This document shows positions 52,468 to 62,108 of a DNA stretch of 64,000 bases, piece by piece. The notes beneath the pieces were generated by a model. That model was given only the letters and a program-made list of their open reading frames with translations, was not told the origin of the DNA and ran no database searches. How positions within the stretch are numbered: position 1 is the first letter of the stretch; each line of letters begins with the position of its first letter. A program made the position numbers and the translations under genes. The stretch covers positions 151,547-215,546 of the forward strand of contig CALCZR010000059.1 in NCBI GenBank assembly GCA_937903325.1. The letters are read 5' to 3'. Source of the DNA: an uncultured Candidatus Saccharibacteria bacterium. Its GTDB lineage: Bacteria > Patescibacteriota > Saccharimonadia > Saccharimonadales > AWTP1-31.

Positions 52468-52906
52468 GTCGGCTATTACTATTCCGGTATCTATTGCCAC
52501 ACTCGAGCAACTCAAGCACTTGTTGACTGAGCTGGATATTGCGCTGTCTAGCAAGCGAACCAAAAGGTCGTTATCTGCAGATTTACAAGCAGCACTGCAA
52601 GAGAATGGCATAGACTCACTAACGGCCCAAACTACCGCCCAACTTCGCTCGGCAGTAAGTGACCTCATTGCACAGCTACCGGTGGTGAAAGTAGTCACTG
52701 CCCAGCCACTCGAGAACGCCCAACAAGCCTCTATCCAGAAGTGGTTTACCAGTAATATTGCCCGTAGAGTTATCTTGAGCTTCAAGACAGATTCGAGCTT
52801 GCTCGCCGGAGTTATTCTGCAAACACCAGAAAACCGTTACGACTTTTCATTGCAAGCAGGACTGTCTACCGGCCGCGCCTTACTAGCTAAGCGGGTGGCC
52901 GCGTGA
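52460..52906 (+). CDS. atpH: F1 delta/OSCP-like subunit
   Basis: VKVVTAQPL...DSSLLAGVIL...YDFSL C-terminal domain pattern; AAGGAG SD. Confidence 0.72.
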   Translation: MTRSAITIPVSIATLEQLKHLLTELDIALSSKRTKRSLSADLQAALQENGIDSLTAQTTAQLRSAVSDLIAQLPVVKVVTAQPLENAQQASIQKWFTSNIARRVILSFKTDSSLLAGVILQTPENRYDFSLQAGLSTGRALLAKRVAA

Positions 52907-54315
52907 GCCAGCTGTTTAATCGTCTGGTGGCAGCCAATATGCCGGTTGGTGAAATCGTGGCGGCTAACCGTTTTATCCTGACGGTCACTGGTATGCCAGG
53001 CATCATGCTGGGTAGTCAGGTGGTGACCGAAGACGGAAACTTAGGTTTTGTTCGCAGTATTGCCGACGAACTCGTGACAGTGGATCTACTGACTAGTGAA
53101 AACGCGGTTGTTGGTAGCGGCATTGTTATGTACAAGCCAGAGCTGACCATTGCTCCCAGCCGTTCCTTACTCGGTCGAGTTGTTGACCCCCTCCTAAAAG
53201 GGCTCGATGGTGGATCGCCTATTCTGTCTAAGGAATCATATCCGGTGTTTGCACCGGCTCCGACGTTTGCAGAGCGTGTCATGTTGAATCAGCAGCTGGA
53301 GACAGGTGTTACCGTAGTAGACACTTTGTTCCCGATTGTCATGGGACAGCGTATTGCCATTATGGGGGATGCTAAGTCTGGTAAGACCAGCTTTGCAGCC
53401 CAAGCGGCTGTTAACCAAGCTCGCATAGGGCGCATTGTGGTATTTGTACTCATAGCTAAACGTAAGACAGATGTCGAACAACTTGTAGATTACCTTGAAA
53501 CCAATGGTACTCTCAAGAACACTGTCATTATCGTGGCCGACAGTCTTGCCGCCTTGCCGCTGGCGTTCCTGGCACCATATTCCGGTGCGGCGGTGGCCGA
53601 ATACTTCTGGCACAATGATTCGGACGTCGTAATTATCTACGACGATCTGGCTAGCCACGCCAAAGTCTACCGAGAGATGTCACTACTCGGCGACGCTTCA
53701 CCGGGCCGTGAATCATATCCTGGGGACATGTTCTACCGACATTCGTCACTCCTGGAACGAGCGGGCAAGCTCAAGGTTAACCAGCGATCGTTGTCGGCCC
53801 TGCCAATTATGACTACTAGCAACAACGACATAACCAGTCACTTATCTACCAGTCTTATTTCTATTACTGACGGACAGATTATCTTTGACACCGAGGAAAT
53901 GCAGAAGGGTGCCACACCACCGGTTAATGTGGGCTTAAGTGTTTCGCGTGTTGGTGGTCGTGCGCAAGAAAGTATGCAAAAGGCTATGGCTCAGGATATC
54001 TTTACGACGCTGGCCTCCTACCGACAAGCAAGTGAGTTTGCACACTTTGGCCAAGAACTACCCGACCAGTACCGTCAGGCACTGCGACTGGGTGATCGAA
54101 TCCGGACATTCTTTAACCAGGCTCCTAACGAATTCTTTACGTTGCCCGAACAGCAGGTCATGCTCAAGACGGCATTTCTGGCAGGTGACAAAATGCTGGA
54201 CATGCCAGCTATTAAGAAGGCGGTGAAGAAGGCGGTGAATAGTGCCTTGGCCTCTGAGACACACAGTGATCTAGCCCAGAAGATGGTTGAAAAGCACGTG
54301 GAGCATAAATCATGA
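52903..54315 (+). CDS. atpA: Divergent F1 alpha-like subunit
   Basis: GQR...GDAKSGKT, YDDL, PGRESYPGDMFY.HS.LLERA, ITDGQI, VGLSVSRVGG (Arg finger). Confidence 0.9.
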   Translation: MSQLFNRLVAANMPVGEIVAANRFILTVTGMPGIMLGSQVVTEDGNLGFVRSIADELVTVDLLTSENAVVGSGIVMYKPELTIAPSRSLLGRVVDPLLKGLDGGSPILSKESYPVFAPAPTFAERVMLNQQLETGVTVVDTLFPIVMGQRIAIMGDAKSGKTSFAAQAAVNQARIGRIVVFVLIAKRKTDVEQLVDYLETNGTLKNTVIIVADSLAALPLAFLAPYSGAAVAEYFWHNDSDVVIIYDDLASHAKVYREMSLLGDASPGRESYPGDMFYRHSSLLERAGKLKVNQRSLSALPIMTTSNNDITSHLSTSLISITDGQIIFDTEEMQKGATPPVNVGLSVSRVGGRAQESMQKAMAQDIFTTLASYRQASEFAHFGQELPDQYRQALRLGDRIRTFFNQAPNEFFTLPEQQVMLKTAFLAGDKMLDMPAIKKAVKKAVNSALASETHSDLAQKMVEKHVEHKS

Positions 54316-55163
54316 ATGCCCATACCCGAATCCTCAAAGACGAACTCCAAACTGTACGGGTCATAGAGGACCTAACGGAAGTGTTCCAGAACACTTCCAG
54401 CGTAAAGATCCGCTCTATTCGGAAGCAGGTGTTAAGTTCCAAAATGTTCTACAACGACCTGTGGGATATTTACCAACAACTTAGAACTGAAACGCGCATA
54501 TCGCTACGGGATGCAGCGAGTAGTGACAAAGAACTATTTCTGTTTATCGCTTCTCCGGCGGGGTTGGCGGGGCAGAACGATGAGCAGATTATGCGTGACC
54601 TCAAAGAACACTACAACCCCGCCCGCCAAGACGTGGTGGTTATTGGCTCGCACGGAGCCCAACTGCTCAAACAGCATGGCATTAAGCCGGTTAGGGCTTT
54701 TGAAGTGCCGGACATTACTAAAGACTTTTCAGTGACACCGATCGTCGATATTATCCGTTCCTACGAAACAGCCGTAGCTTTTTATGACGCCTATCTTTCA
54801 TTAACTACCCAGCAGTCTGCCAAGCGTCAGTTCCTACTGGAAGCCCAACAGCTAACAGATGAAGAGCGGGCATTAATCGAAACGGGCGAGGCTGAGATTA
54901 TTGCATCCGGTAACTACATTTTCGAGCCGTCACTTGAGGTAGCGATCTTAACTTTGGAGCAAACTATGTTGTATACCACCGTCACGCAGTTGCTACTGGA
55001 ATCACGTCTGGCGCAGCTGGCTAGCCGCTTTACCAACATGACATTGGCTCATGAACGTGCAGTGAAGCAGCGCAAGAAAACCTTCCTAGAATTTTTATCG
55101 AGTAAGCGTACCGAACGCGACGAACTAACACGGCAAATTACCATTGCAGCAAGGGGGGTATAG
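54312..55163 (+). CDS. atpG: Divergent F1 gamma-like subunit
   Basis: N- and C-terminal coiled coils, GLAG, VIGSHG, YIFEPS, ESRLAQLASRF..M. Confidence 0.85.
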   Translation: MNAHTRILKDELQTVRVIEDLTEVFQNTSSVKIRSIRKQVLSSKMFYNDLWDIYQQLRTETRISLRDAASSDKELFLFIASPAGLAGQNDEQIMRDLKEHYNPARQDVVVIGSHGAQLLKQHGIKPVRAFEVPDITKDFSVTPIVDIIRSYETAVAFYDAYLSLTTQQSAKRQFLLEAQQLTDEERALIETGEAEIIASGNYIFEPSLEVAILTLEQTMLYTTVTQLLLESRLAQLASRFTNMTLAHERAVKQRKKTFLEFLSSKRTERDELTRQITIAARGV

Positions 55164-56572
55164 TGGCTGCTAAAACACATGCTGGGCAAGTCGGGTATAT
55201 TCGTTCACTGAATGATCTGTTTGTTGTTATTCGACTAACCAGCGAACAGCGGCCCGGAGCTGGGCAGACCCTCACTATTGTTGATAAGCCGGAGGTGATA
55301 CTCTTGGTTGAGGCCTCCACTGAAGATACCGTCTACTGTCTGAACATTTTTGGTTCACCAAACATCCAACAGCATGACGTTGTATTGATCGGTGACCAGT
55401 CAATTATGTTGCCGTCTGGCCAATCTGTTTTGGGGCGAGTATTTGATTCAATGGGTCGAGTGATTGACGGTGAAGGAGACTTCAAGGGCGGACACAAGCT
55501 GCCAATGCGTACGGTTGTTAAGCAGCAGCTGGGCAAGAAGAATAAGCCCGAAGTTTTGGAAACAGGTATCAAGGTTATTGATTTCCTAGCTCCCTTCGTG
55601 AAAGGCCGGCGTATCGGCATTATAGGTGGTGCGGGTGTCGGTAAAACAGTATTAACCACCGAAATGATGCACAACGTGGCCGACAAGAAAGCAGCACTCA
55701 GCTTCTTTGTCGGTATTGGTGAGCGTATCCGTGAAGGGCACGAACTATACCATACCCTTAAGGACCGCGGGCTCGGTGAATCGACCGTCATGTTCATGGG
55801 GCAGATGAACGAAAACGCTGCGCTCCGTTCACTGGTTGGTCCGTCCGCCGCAACGGTGGCCCACTCATTTACCGAACAGGGTAAGGACGTACTGTTCTTC
55901 GTTGATAACATCTACCGTTTTGTGCAGGCTCGTAATGAACTGGCTGCCATGCGTGGTACCACGCCAAGTGAGGGTGGCTACCAGGCTAGTCTGTTCTCGG
56001 ATTTGCACCGTTTCGAAGATTCACTTCATGCCACTGAAAAGGGAAGTATTACGTCTATCCAGTCCATCTTTATCCCGGCAGATGACCTCAGTGATCCGGC
56101 GGTAGTCGAGATTAGCCAACAACTTGACTCCACTATTGTGCTGTCTCGTGATGTCTTTGAGCGCGGTATATTCCCGGCGGTTGATCTACTTAACACCACG
56201 AGCTCACTCATCACCCCAGAGATACTCGGAGAACGCCACTTTAACCTTGTGGGCCGAGTTAAGGCCGTGATGCGTAAGTACTACAGTCTGCGTACCATTA
56301 TTGCTATTGTCGGTGAAAGTGAGTTGTCACCAGAGGATCGACTAGACTACGAACGGGCTCAAGAACTCACCCAGTTCTTCTCGCAGCGTATGTTTGTAAC
56401 AGAAGACCTCAGCGGTAAAAAAGGCGAGTACTTTACCCGCGAGCAAACCCTGAAGGGTGTTGAAAAGATCCTAAATGGTACCAGCACGCCAGCGCCAACA
56501 GAACCACCAAAGGAAGAAGCCGAAGCCAATACGGCACAGGCCGATACTACCAATGAAGCACCTCACAGCTAA
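55163..56572 (+). CDS. atpD: Divergent F1 beta-like subunit
   Basis: GGAGVGKT, GERIREG, DNIYRF, PADDLSDP, GIFPAVD; SELSPED in place of DELSEED. Confidence 0.92.
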   Translation: MAAKTHAGQVGYIRSLNDLFVVIRLTSEQRPGAGQTLTIVDKPEVILLVEASTEDTVYCLNIFGSPNIQQHDVVLIGDQSIMLPSGQSVLGRVFDSMGRVIDGEGDFKGGHKLPMRTVVKQQLGKKNKPEVLETGIKVIDFLAPFVKGRRIGIIGGAGVGKTVLTTEMMHNVADKKAALSFFVGIGERIREGHELYHTLKDRGLGESTVMFMGQMNENAALRSLVGPSAATVAHSFTEQGKDVLFFVDNIYRFVQARNELAAMRGTTPSEGGYQASLFSDLHRFEDSLHATEKGSITSIQSIFIPADDLSDPAVVEISQQLDSTIVLSRDVFERGIFPAVDLLNTTSSLITPEILGERHFNLVGRVKAVMRKYYSLRTIIAIVGESELSPEDRLDYERAQELTQFFSQRMFVTEDLSGKKGEYFTREQTLKGVEKILNGTSTPAPTEPPKEEAEANTAQADTTNEAPHS

Positions 56573-56816
56573 CCCCGAGCTTACCGTAAAAGCCTATTCC
56601 ATGAAGGAAGTCATGTTTGAGGGCAAGGCTTTTTCGTTATCTGCTGCTAACAAAATTGGACCACTCGATGTGCTTCCTGGACACGCCAATATGCTCGCCA
56701 TATTAACCGACTGCACAGTGGTCATTGAGACTGAACAGGGTGAGAAGACATTTCAAATCGATAACGGCATTCTGAAGGTTTCTAGTAACCAAGTTTCGCT
56801 GTTTATTAATCTCTAG
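56553..56816 (+). CDS. atpC: F1 epsilon-like subunit (N-terminal beta-sandwich only)
   Basis: GPLDVLPGHANML, GILKV; 87 aa with no C-terminal helical hairpin. Confidence 0.8.
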   Translation: MKHLTANPELTVKAYSMKEVMFEGKAFSLSAANKIGPLDVLPGHANMLAILTDCTVVIETEQGEKTFQIDNGILKVSSNQVSLFINL

Positions 56817-56852
56817 CTGCAACCATATGTAACAGGGTAATCATGCTAAAAT

Positions 56853-59800
56853 ATGTATAAGCATGAGCACAGTACTATGAGGGTTATTGGCACACGTACG
56901 GTGCACAGAATACGGGCAGGGGTTACCCGACTGTTTCCTATACTTAAAACCATACTGGCCATTGGTGTTCCATCGCTTGTCGTGTTGGGTGTCAGTTGGA
57001 TACCTTTAACGCAGCGTCTGTATAACAACTTAGACCAAGCACCGAGCCAAATCTCTAACACTAGTGTCTCGTCCTATCTACTTGTCTCTACGGTCATCGC
57101 TCTAGGAATTGGTATTGCTCTGTATCTGCTTATTGACTATCGGCAACACCGAAAACCCCTTAAAGTTGCTATGCCGACGATTCGCTACAACCTCCGGCAC
57201 CACGTTCGAGTGGTAACATTACCATTAGCACGGAGTAAGTGGAAGGTGCTTACATTCAGTACTGTAAAGGGGCTTGCTAGCTTTGCACTGGTGGGGGTGG
57301 CGATTGTTTTTGGGGTGCAGCACCTTGCTCAAGCAAAGAATTTTGACATTACTATTGCCGGTGACGGTGCCGGAAGATTTGTTGCATTCACGCCAACACC
57401 AAAAATTAGAGGGACCGCCGCGCCAAATAGCGTACTGTCCGTTACCGTGGACAACACGCTGGTGGGCACGACAACAGTTAACACTAAAGGTCAGTGGGTG
57501 TACCAGCCAACTTCTAATCTCTCCATTGGTGAGCATAGTATCAAGGTAAGTTCCTTTGAGTCAGGAAAATACACATACATGGAGAGCGACCAAGGGTTGG
57601 CTGTCATTAATACGCTGGAGCATCGTGTCTCTGGCAATATACCATTACCCATGGACGTTATAAGCGAAGCCGGTAACCCTACTAATAAAACGACAACGGT
57701 AGCCACTCAGACAGTTGCCGGAAAAGTCTACGCCCTGTCAGCGCCTAATACTAACGGTGGAACTCCGAACTTTAGCAGTGGTTATGTAACAATAGTTAAT
57801 GCAGCTGATGGGACGGTTATTAAAAACCTCGCGCTATCTTTTCGTCCGTCGGTTCTTTCTGTCAGCCCAGATGGGCTGAGGGTTGTGGTGGTCGGCAGTA
57901 GTTCAGATAATAATGGACAGGAGCAGGCAACCAATATAGCTATTGTGGATGTCGCGAGCGACGAATTTTCAGGATCGGTCATATCGCTTGAAAAGCGTTA
58001 CTTTCTGACTAACGATCCTTGGCAGGGTCTATTTAGTCATGACCCAACGGTGTACCTGATCCGGACTGCCCATATGTTTTACTCCATAAATCTCGATACT
58101 GGTTCGGTCGCACAGCTTGACCTGACCACCTACACTTTCAACGACACGTATCGAATGGGCAGCCTCAAAGTTAATCTGGCACACAACAGTAACACGGTGT
58201 ATCTGCTAGGCGATGAAGTGGTCATCAAAGTTGACCTCGATAGCTTTACGGTTGTTTCAGACATCGATACCCACGATGGCTTTATCTATACCACGCCTAC
58301 TGCGGCTTTTATAACTAACGACGACAGTAAATTGATCTACCTGGATGCACGCACGACTGCCGGTAGTGGGGTCAGACGGATGATTACAATCGATCTAAAT
58401 ACAGAGACCATACTGACTCCACTACTATTGAACGATACTATGCGATTGCCAGATGAAATAATAACTGACAGTGCGCAGCACAAGGCATATTTTGTCTTTG
58501 AAGATGACAGTAACCAACAAATTGCGGCAGAGATTGTTGTAGCTGACCTGGTAAACAATGTCTTGCTCGCTCCTATCCCTCTTACTGATAATTATTACAG
58601 CCCGGGCAGAACTTTGTACTCCTCGCCGGTAGATCCTGATATCGCCTACTACCTTGATAATATTGAGAGTGATCAAACCACAGGCAACGTGTATGAACTT
58701 AACTTAGTTACTGGTGCGTCTGAGCTTATTTCAGAGATTCCCAGCTATAACATTGGGTTTACGCAGGCAGCAGGGGATACCTATCTGTTCTATGATGGAC
58801 GAGTTAATAACGAAATCGGTCTTACATACATCATGCGTAATATAACTACTGGGACGAACTATACGCTCGCATCGCCTTTTAATACCCAGCTATACACAAC
58901 ACAGCTTAGTAGCAGCGCTACTGCAACGCAATCCAGTACTGCTGAGAAGACCATACAGTTTACGGTGGCTACAGTGAGTATTACTGAGCCTTTGCCGCAG
59001 ACTCCAATTATGGGCACGAGCTACACGTTGCACGGCAAGGCATTGGCAGGGTATCAAGTCGAAGTCTTAGTTGGCGATGAGTCTAAGGGTGTTACGACAA
59101 CGGATCAAAATAATGACTGGTCCATGGAGGTCACCGGCCTAACGCCTGGCGATATTGATATAACCGCTCGGGCTAGTCTTGATTCTGTCGGTATCCCTAT
59201 ATTCTATATTTCTGCTGATTACAGCATAACTGGCTTCCATGTGTACAACGTGGAGAAAGACCAAGTGGAAGTGCATGACGATACTAACTTTGGAGGGAGT
59301 GTCCCTATCATAACGACACCTGACGGTAGTGTATCTTTTACGCTCGATTTGACACACCTTTACGAAAACCAAGGTGAAGGGCTAATACACAAATACAACA
59401 TTGTAACGAAGCAGAACGAGGGCGATCTCATTTTACCTGATGAGTATGTCGACGAGATATTCTCCAATAGCATGAACTTCTTCTCCGAAGACGGAAAGCT
59501 CCTATACTTTCTTGACTCCGACGACACCGACAGCTTTCTGGCGCTTGATGTAGAGACACTTACGTATACCCAGGCAAGCCTTGGTATAAACAGTAATGAC
59601 TTCAGTATCTCCTATGGGGATATGCAGCAGGTTTCCCAAAGTGCCGATAGGCGATATGTGTATCTACCAGGATGGGAAGACAATTCGATACATGTGCTCG
59701 ACACCAACACTAAGCAGATGCAGGTAATCACTGTTGGCAGGACGGTAGGGGCGGTTATGACTCCGGCTCCAGGCTATATCGTTGCCGTAGTAGGAGATTA

Positions 59801-61982
59801 CGACCAATTCAATAGCTCTGTTCTGAATATTGATGGGCTCAAAGTATTGAGTACAGATGACTATAGCCTTTTGGGTGACGTGCCACTTTCGTCATCGGAC
59901 TATCGGGATATTGACCTCTACCAGCGTCAGAACAAGCTATTTGTAGTCCCACGAAACCAGGACTCTGACTTTACGAGCATGCCGATAGTTAACACCAGTA
60001 ACTGGTCAATTATCGATACGGTTTCCCTAGAATCACCGGGCTACTCCAATGGTTCGAGCGGGACAGCTTTTGGTGCGGGCTTTAGTGCAGACGGCAGTGT
60101 TGGCTTTTGGTTCTCTAGTACCGATAACTTGATTCATCGGTTCGATACAAGTGATGGCCATGCTCTAGCAAATGTGGAGCTCCCGACTATGATCGATGCC
60201 ATTTATCCTGCCCCAGATAGTGCGGATGAATATGGATTCCGTCTGCATGATAACAGCTTTGGTATCTACAACATTGCGACGAATACTATAGGTGACATTA
60301 TTCAAGCCGGGCTTTCGGGGTTTGCAGGTGCTGACATCTTTAACAATACGACGCTGAGATATTTCAAGGGATTTGTAGCAGCTGAAACAACCGTCCAATT
60401 CACCGTCCAAGATGGTGATCCTGAAGATCCACCAGTGACTCCTCCGACGCCGACTACTCCTACCACTCCCACGACCCCTACTACGCCTACACAATCCACC
60501 ACACCTCGTCGTACTCCGCAGCCAACCACTAACCCAAACCAAACTTCTCAGCAACCCGAAACGGTAGTGCCAGACATACCAGTTACACAGCAGTATACCG
60601 GTGGTATTACGGAGTTGCCGGTTGCAAAAGCAGAAGTTAAAAAACCATTCATCTCCGAGCCGTTGGCCCGTGCTTTGTCGTGGCTACTGCTCCTTATCTT
60701 GCTCATTCTCGCCATCCTATATGGACGACGAGCCCGCAGGGAATACCTGGTACGCAAGCAACTCGAGCAAAGCCTGGCGCACCTCCGTGGCATGAAGCAA
60801 GCAGCCGACAGCTATCTGGAAATCACCACACACTATCTCAATACACCGGTGGCCATTATGAACGGGGCGGTGGAGTTGCTGGTATCACTCAAGAAGCTTC
60901 CGGACTGGGCGATACAACGACTGCAAGCTGAGCTCAAGAAATACGGTGATTCGGTGGCTCGTCTGAGTGCGGCAAGTCAGACTATGTCCGTTGCGCAACC
61001 AGAGGTGACGGGCACGGTTATGAGCGCTGCAGTTGCACGAACGAGCCCACTCAAACAGCGAGCGGTATGGCTGCCCATTAGCATTGTTGTGGGGCTCTTT
61101 GGGCTTGTTTCGGTGCTGTTCGCATTCACGGGTGTGTACTCACTGGGCAGTGTGCAATTTGGTTTGCAACTACTCTGCCTGGCATTGACTGCTGGGTTGA
61201 TCGTAACGGCGCAGCGCAGCAAAGACATTCAGCTTGCGGCGCAGGAAGCGGCGCGAAGTGCGGCTAATACAGAAAAAGATTTGATACGGAAACGTGAGGT
61301 ATTCTTACAGCAATCTTCGACGGTTCTTGCGGAGCACCACGAGAACCTGACGATAATCAGTAAAGACCTGCACGTTATACCGGAAACCAGAACCTTCTAT
61401 AACGGTCTGGGCATGCTTGGTCAGATGGTGCAAAGTCTTAGCAAGGTTGGCCGATTCAGTAACACGACGGCCGATGCACCAATACTTGATCTGGGGCAGG
61501 AAATACCGCGGGCACTTGCTGCACTGCAAAGCAAAGCTACTGAAAAGCAGGTGCAACTGCAACTGGATATTCCTGCTAGTTTGAATCTGGCAATTCAGCC
61601 GCAAGAGCTAAGCCAGCTGGTGCAGTCACTAACCGACAACGCCCTGATATTCAGTAAACCAAATGGCCGGGTCACGTTGTCTGCACAGGGATCTGGCAAC
61701 TGGATTATGCTTAAAGTGATCGACGCTGGTAGTGGTATTGAGCCCGAGCGTCTCGCACACATCTTCGAACCGTTTTATAGGGCTACAGACGCTGAGACGT
61801 TTAACTACGAAGGTCTAGGGCTTAATCTCCATGTCGACAAGCTTGTCGTCGAGAAGCTCGGCGGCACCATTGACCTCAAGAGTAGCCGTACTGGCACTAC
61901 CGTAACTCTGCGGTTGCCAGCATCTCAGCTCACGAAGCTTGAGGCTCCAATGTTGGTTGCTCCAGTGCCCGCAGCTGGCTAG
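56853..61982 (+). CDS. Giant membrane sensor histidine kinase with Ig-like and beta-propeller ectodomains
   Basis: Ig-like (GTAAPNS..V.VD...G.W) and YVTN-like repeats, Pro/Thr linker, TM, H-box THYLNTP, HATPase boxes (DNA, DAGSGI, FEPFYR, GLGL). Confidence 0.82.
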   Translation: MYKHEHSTMRVIGTRTVHRIRAGVTRLFPILKTILAIGVPSLVVLGVSWIPLTQRLYNNLDQAPSQISNTSVSSYLLVSTVIALGIGIALYLLIDYRQHRKPLKVAMPTIRYNLRHHVRVVTLPLARSKWKVLTFSTVKGLASFALVGVAIVFGVQHLAQAKNFDITIAGDGAGRFVAFTPTPKIRGTAAPNSVLSVTVDNTLVGTTTVNTKGQWVYQPTSNLSIGEHSIKVSSFESGKYTYMESDQGLAVINTLEHRVSGNIPLPMDVISEAGNPTNKTTTVATQTVAGKVYALSAPNTNGGTPNFSSGYVTIVNAADGTVIKNLALSFRPSVLSVSPDGLRVVVVGSSSDNNGQEQATNIAIVDVASDEFSGSVISLEKRYFLTNDPWQGLFSHDPTVYLIRTAHMFYSINLDTGSVAQLDLTTYTFNDTYRMGSLKVNLAHNSNTVYLLGDEVVIKVDLDSFTVVSDIDTHDGFIYTTPTAAFITNDDSKLIYLDARTTAGSGVRRMITIDLNTETILTPLLLNDTMRLPDEIITDSAQHKAYFVFEDDSNQQIAAEIVVADLVNNVLLAPIPLTDNYYSPGRTLYSSPVDPDIAYYLDNIESDQTTGNVYELNLVTGASELISEIPSYNIGFTQAAGDTYLFYDGRVNNEIGLTYIMRNITTGTNYTLASPFNTQLYTTQLSSSATATQSSTAEKTIQFTVATVSITEPLPQTPIMGTSYTLHGKALAGYQVEVLVGDESKGVTTTDQNNDWSMEVTGLTPGDIDITARASLDSVGIPIFYISADYSITGFHVYNVEKDQVEVHDDTNFGGSVPIITTPDGSVSFTLDLTHLYENQGEGLIHKYNIVTKQNEGDLILPDEYVDEIFSNSMNFFSEDGKLLYFLDSDDTDSFLALDVETLTYTQASLGINSNDFSISYGDMQQVSQSADRRYVYLPGWEDNSIHVLDTNTKQMQVITVGRTVGAVMTPAPGYIVAVVGDYDQFNSSVLNIDGLKVLSTDDYSLLGDVPLSSSDYRDIDLYQRQNKLFVVPRNQDSDFTSMPIVNTSNWSIIDTVSLESPGYSNGSSGTAFGAGFSADGSVGFWFSSTDNLIHRFDTSDGHALANVELPTMIDAIYPAPDSADEYGFRLHDNSFGIYNIATNTIGDIIQAGLSGFAGADIFNNTTLRYFKGFVAAETTVQFTVQDGDPEDPPVTPPTPTTPTTPTTPTTPTQSTTPRRTPQPTTNPNQTSQQPETVVPDIPVTQQYTGGITELPVAKAEVKKPFISEPLARALSWLLLLILLILAILYGRRARREYLVRKQLEQSLAHLRGMKQAADSYLEITTHYLNTPVAIMNGAVELLVSLKKLPDWAIQRLQAELKKYGDSVARLSAASQTMSVAQPEVTGTVMSAAVARTSPLKQRAVWLPISIVVGLFGLVSVLFAFTGVYSLGSVQFGLQLLCLALTAGLIVTAQRSKDIQLAAQEAARSAANTEKDLIRKREVFLQQSSTVLAEHHENLTIISKDLHVIPETRTFYNGLGMLGQMVQSLSKVGRFSNTTADAPILDLGQEIPRALAALQSKATEKQVQLQLDIPASLNLAIQPQELSQLVQSLTDNALIFSKPNGRVTLSAQGSGNWIMLKVIDAGSGIEPERLAHIFEPFYRATDAETFNYEGLGLNLHVDKLVVEKLGGTIDLKSSRTGTTVTLRLPASQLTKLEAPMLVAPVPAAG
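60431..60535 (+). repeat. Pro/Thr low-complexity coding linker
   Basis: PPVTPPTPTTPTTPTTPTTPTQSTTP: imperfect 9-nt repeats. Confidence 0.8.
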
Positions 61983-62108
61983 TTATCCACAGGCCCCATT
62001 GTTATCTGTTGGCAAAATGCTAAATACTAGTCATTCCGCTTGTGCTACCTCTGAAAAAAGACTAAAATTAGAGCTAACCATAAGAGGGTTTTTGCACACA
62101 AATACGTT

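Noticed and set aside
52903-56572. Flagellar/T3SS export ATPase or V/A-type ATPase
   Set aside because: Distinct alpha and beta paralogs with F-type motifs, plus gamma-, delta- and epsilon-like genes; no export-apparatus genes.
51009-56816. Ordinary ATP synthase or N-ATPase operon
   Set aside because: No subunit a and no carboxylate in the c-like hairpin. The gene order is canonical rather than the N-ATPase beta-first order.
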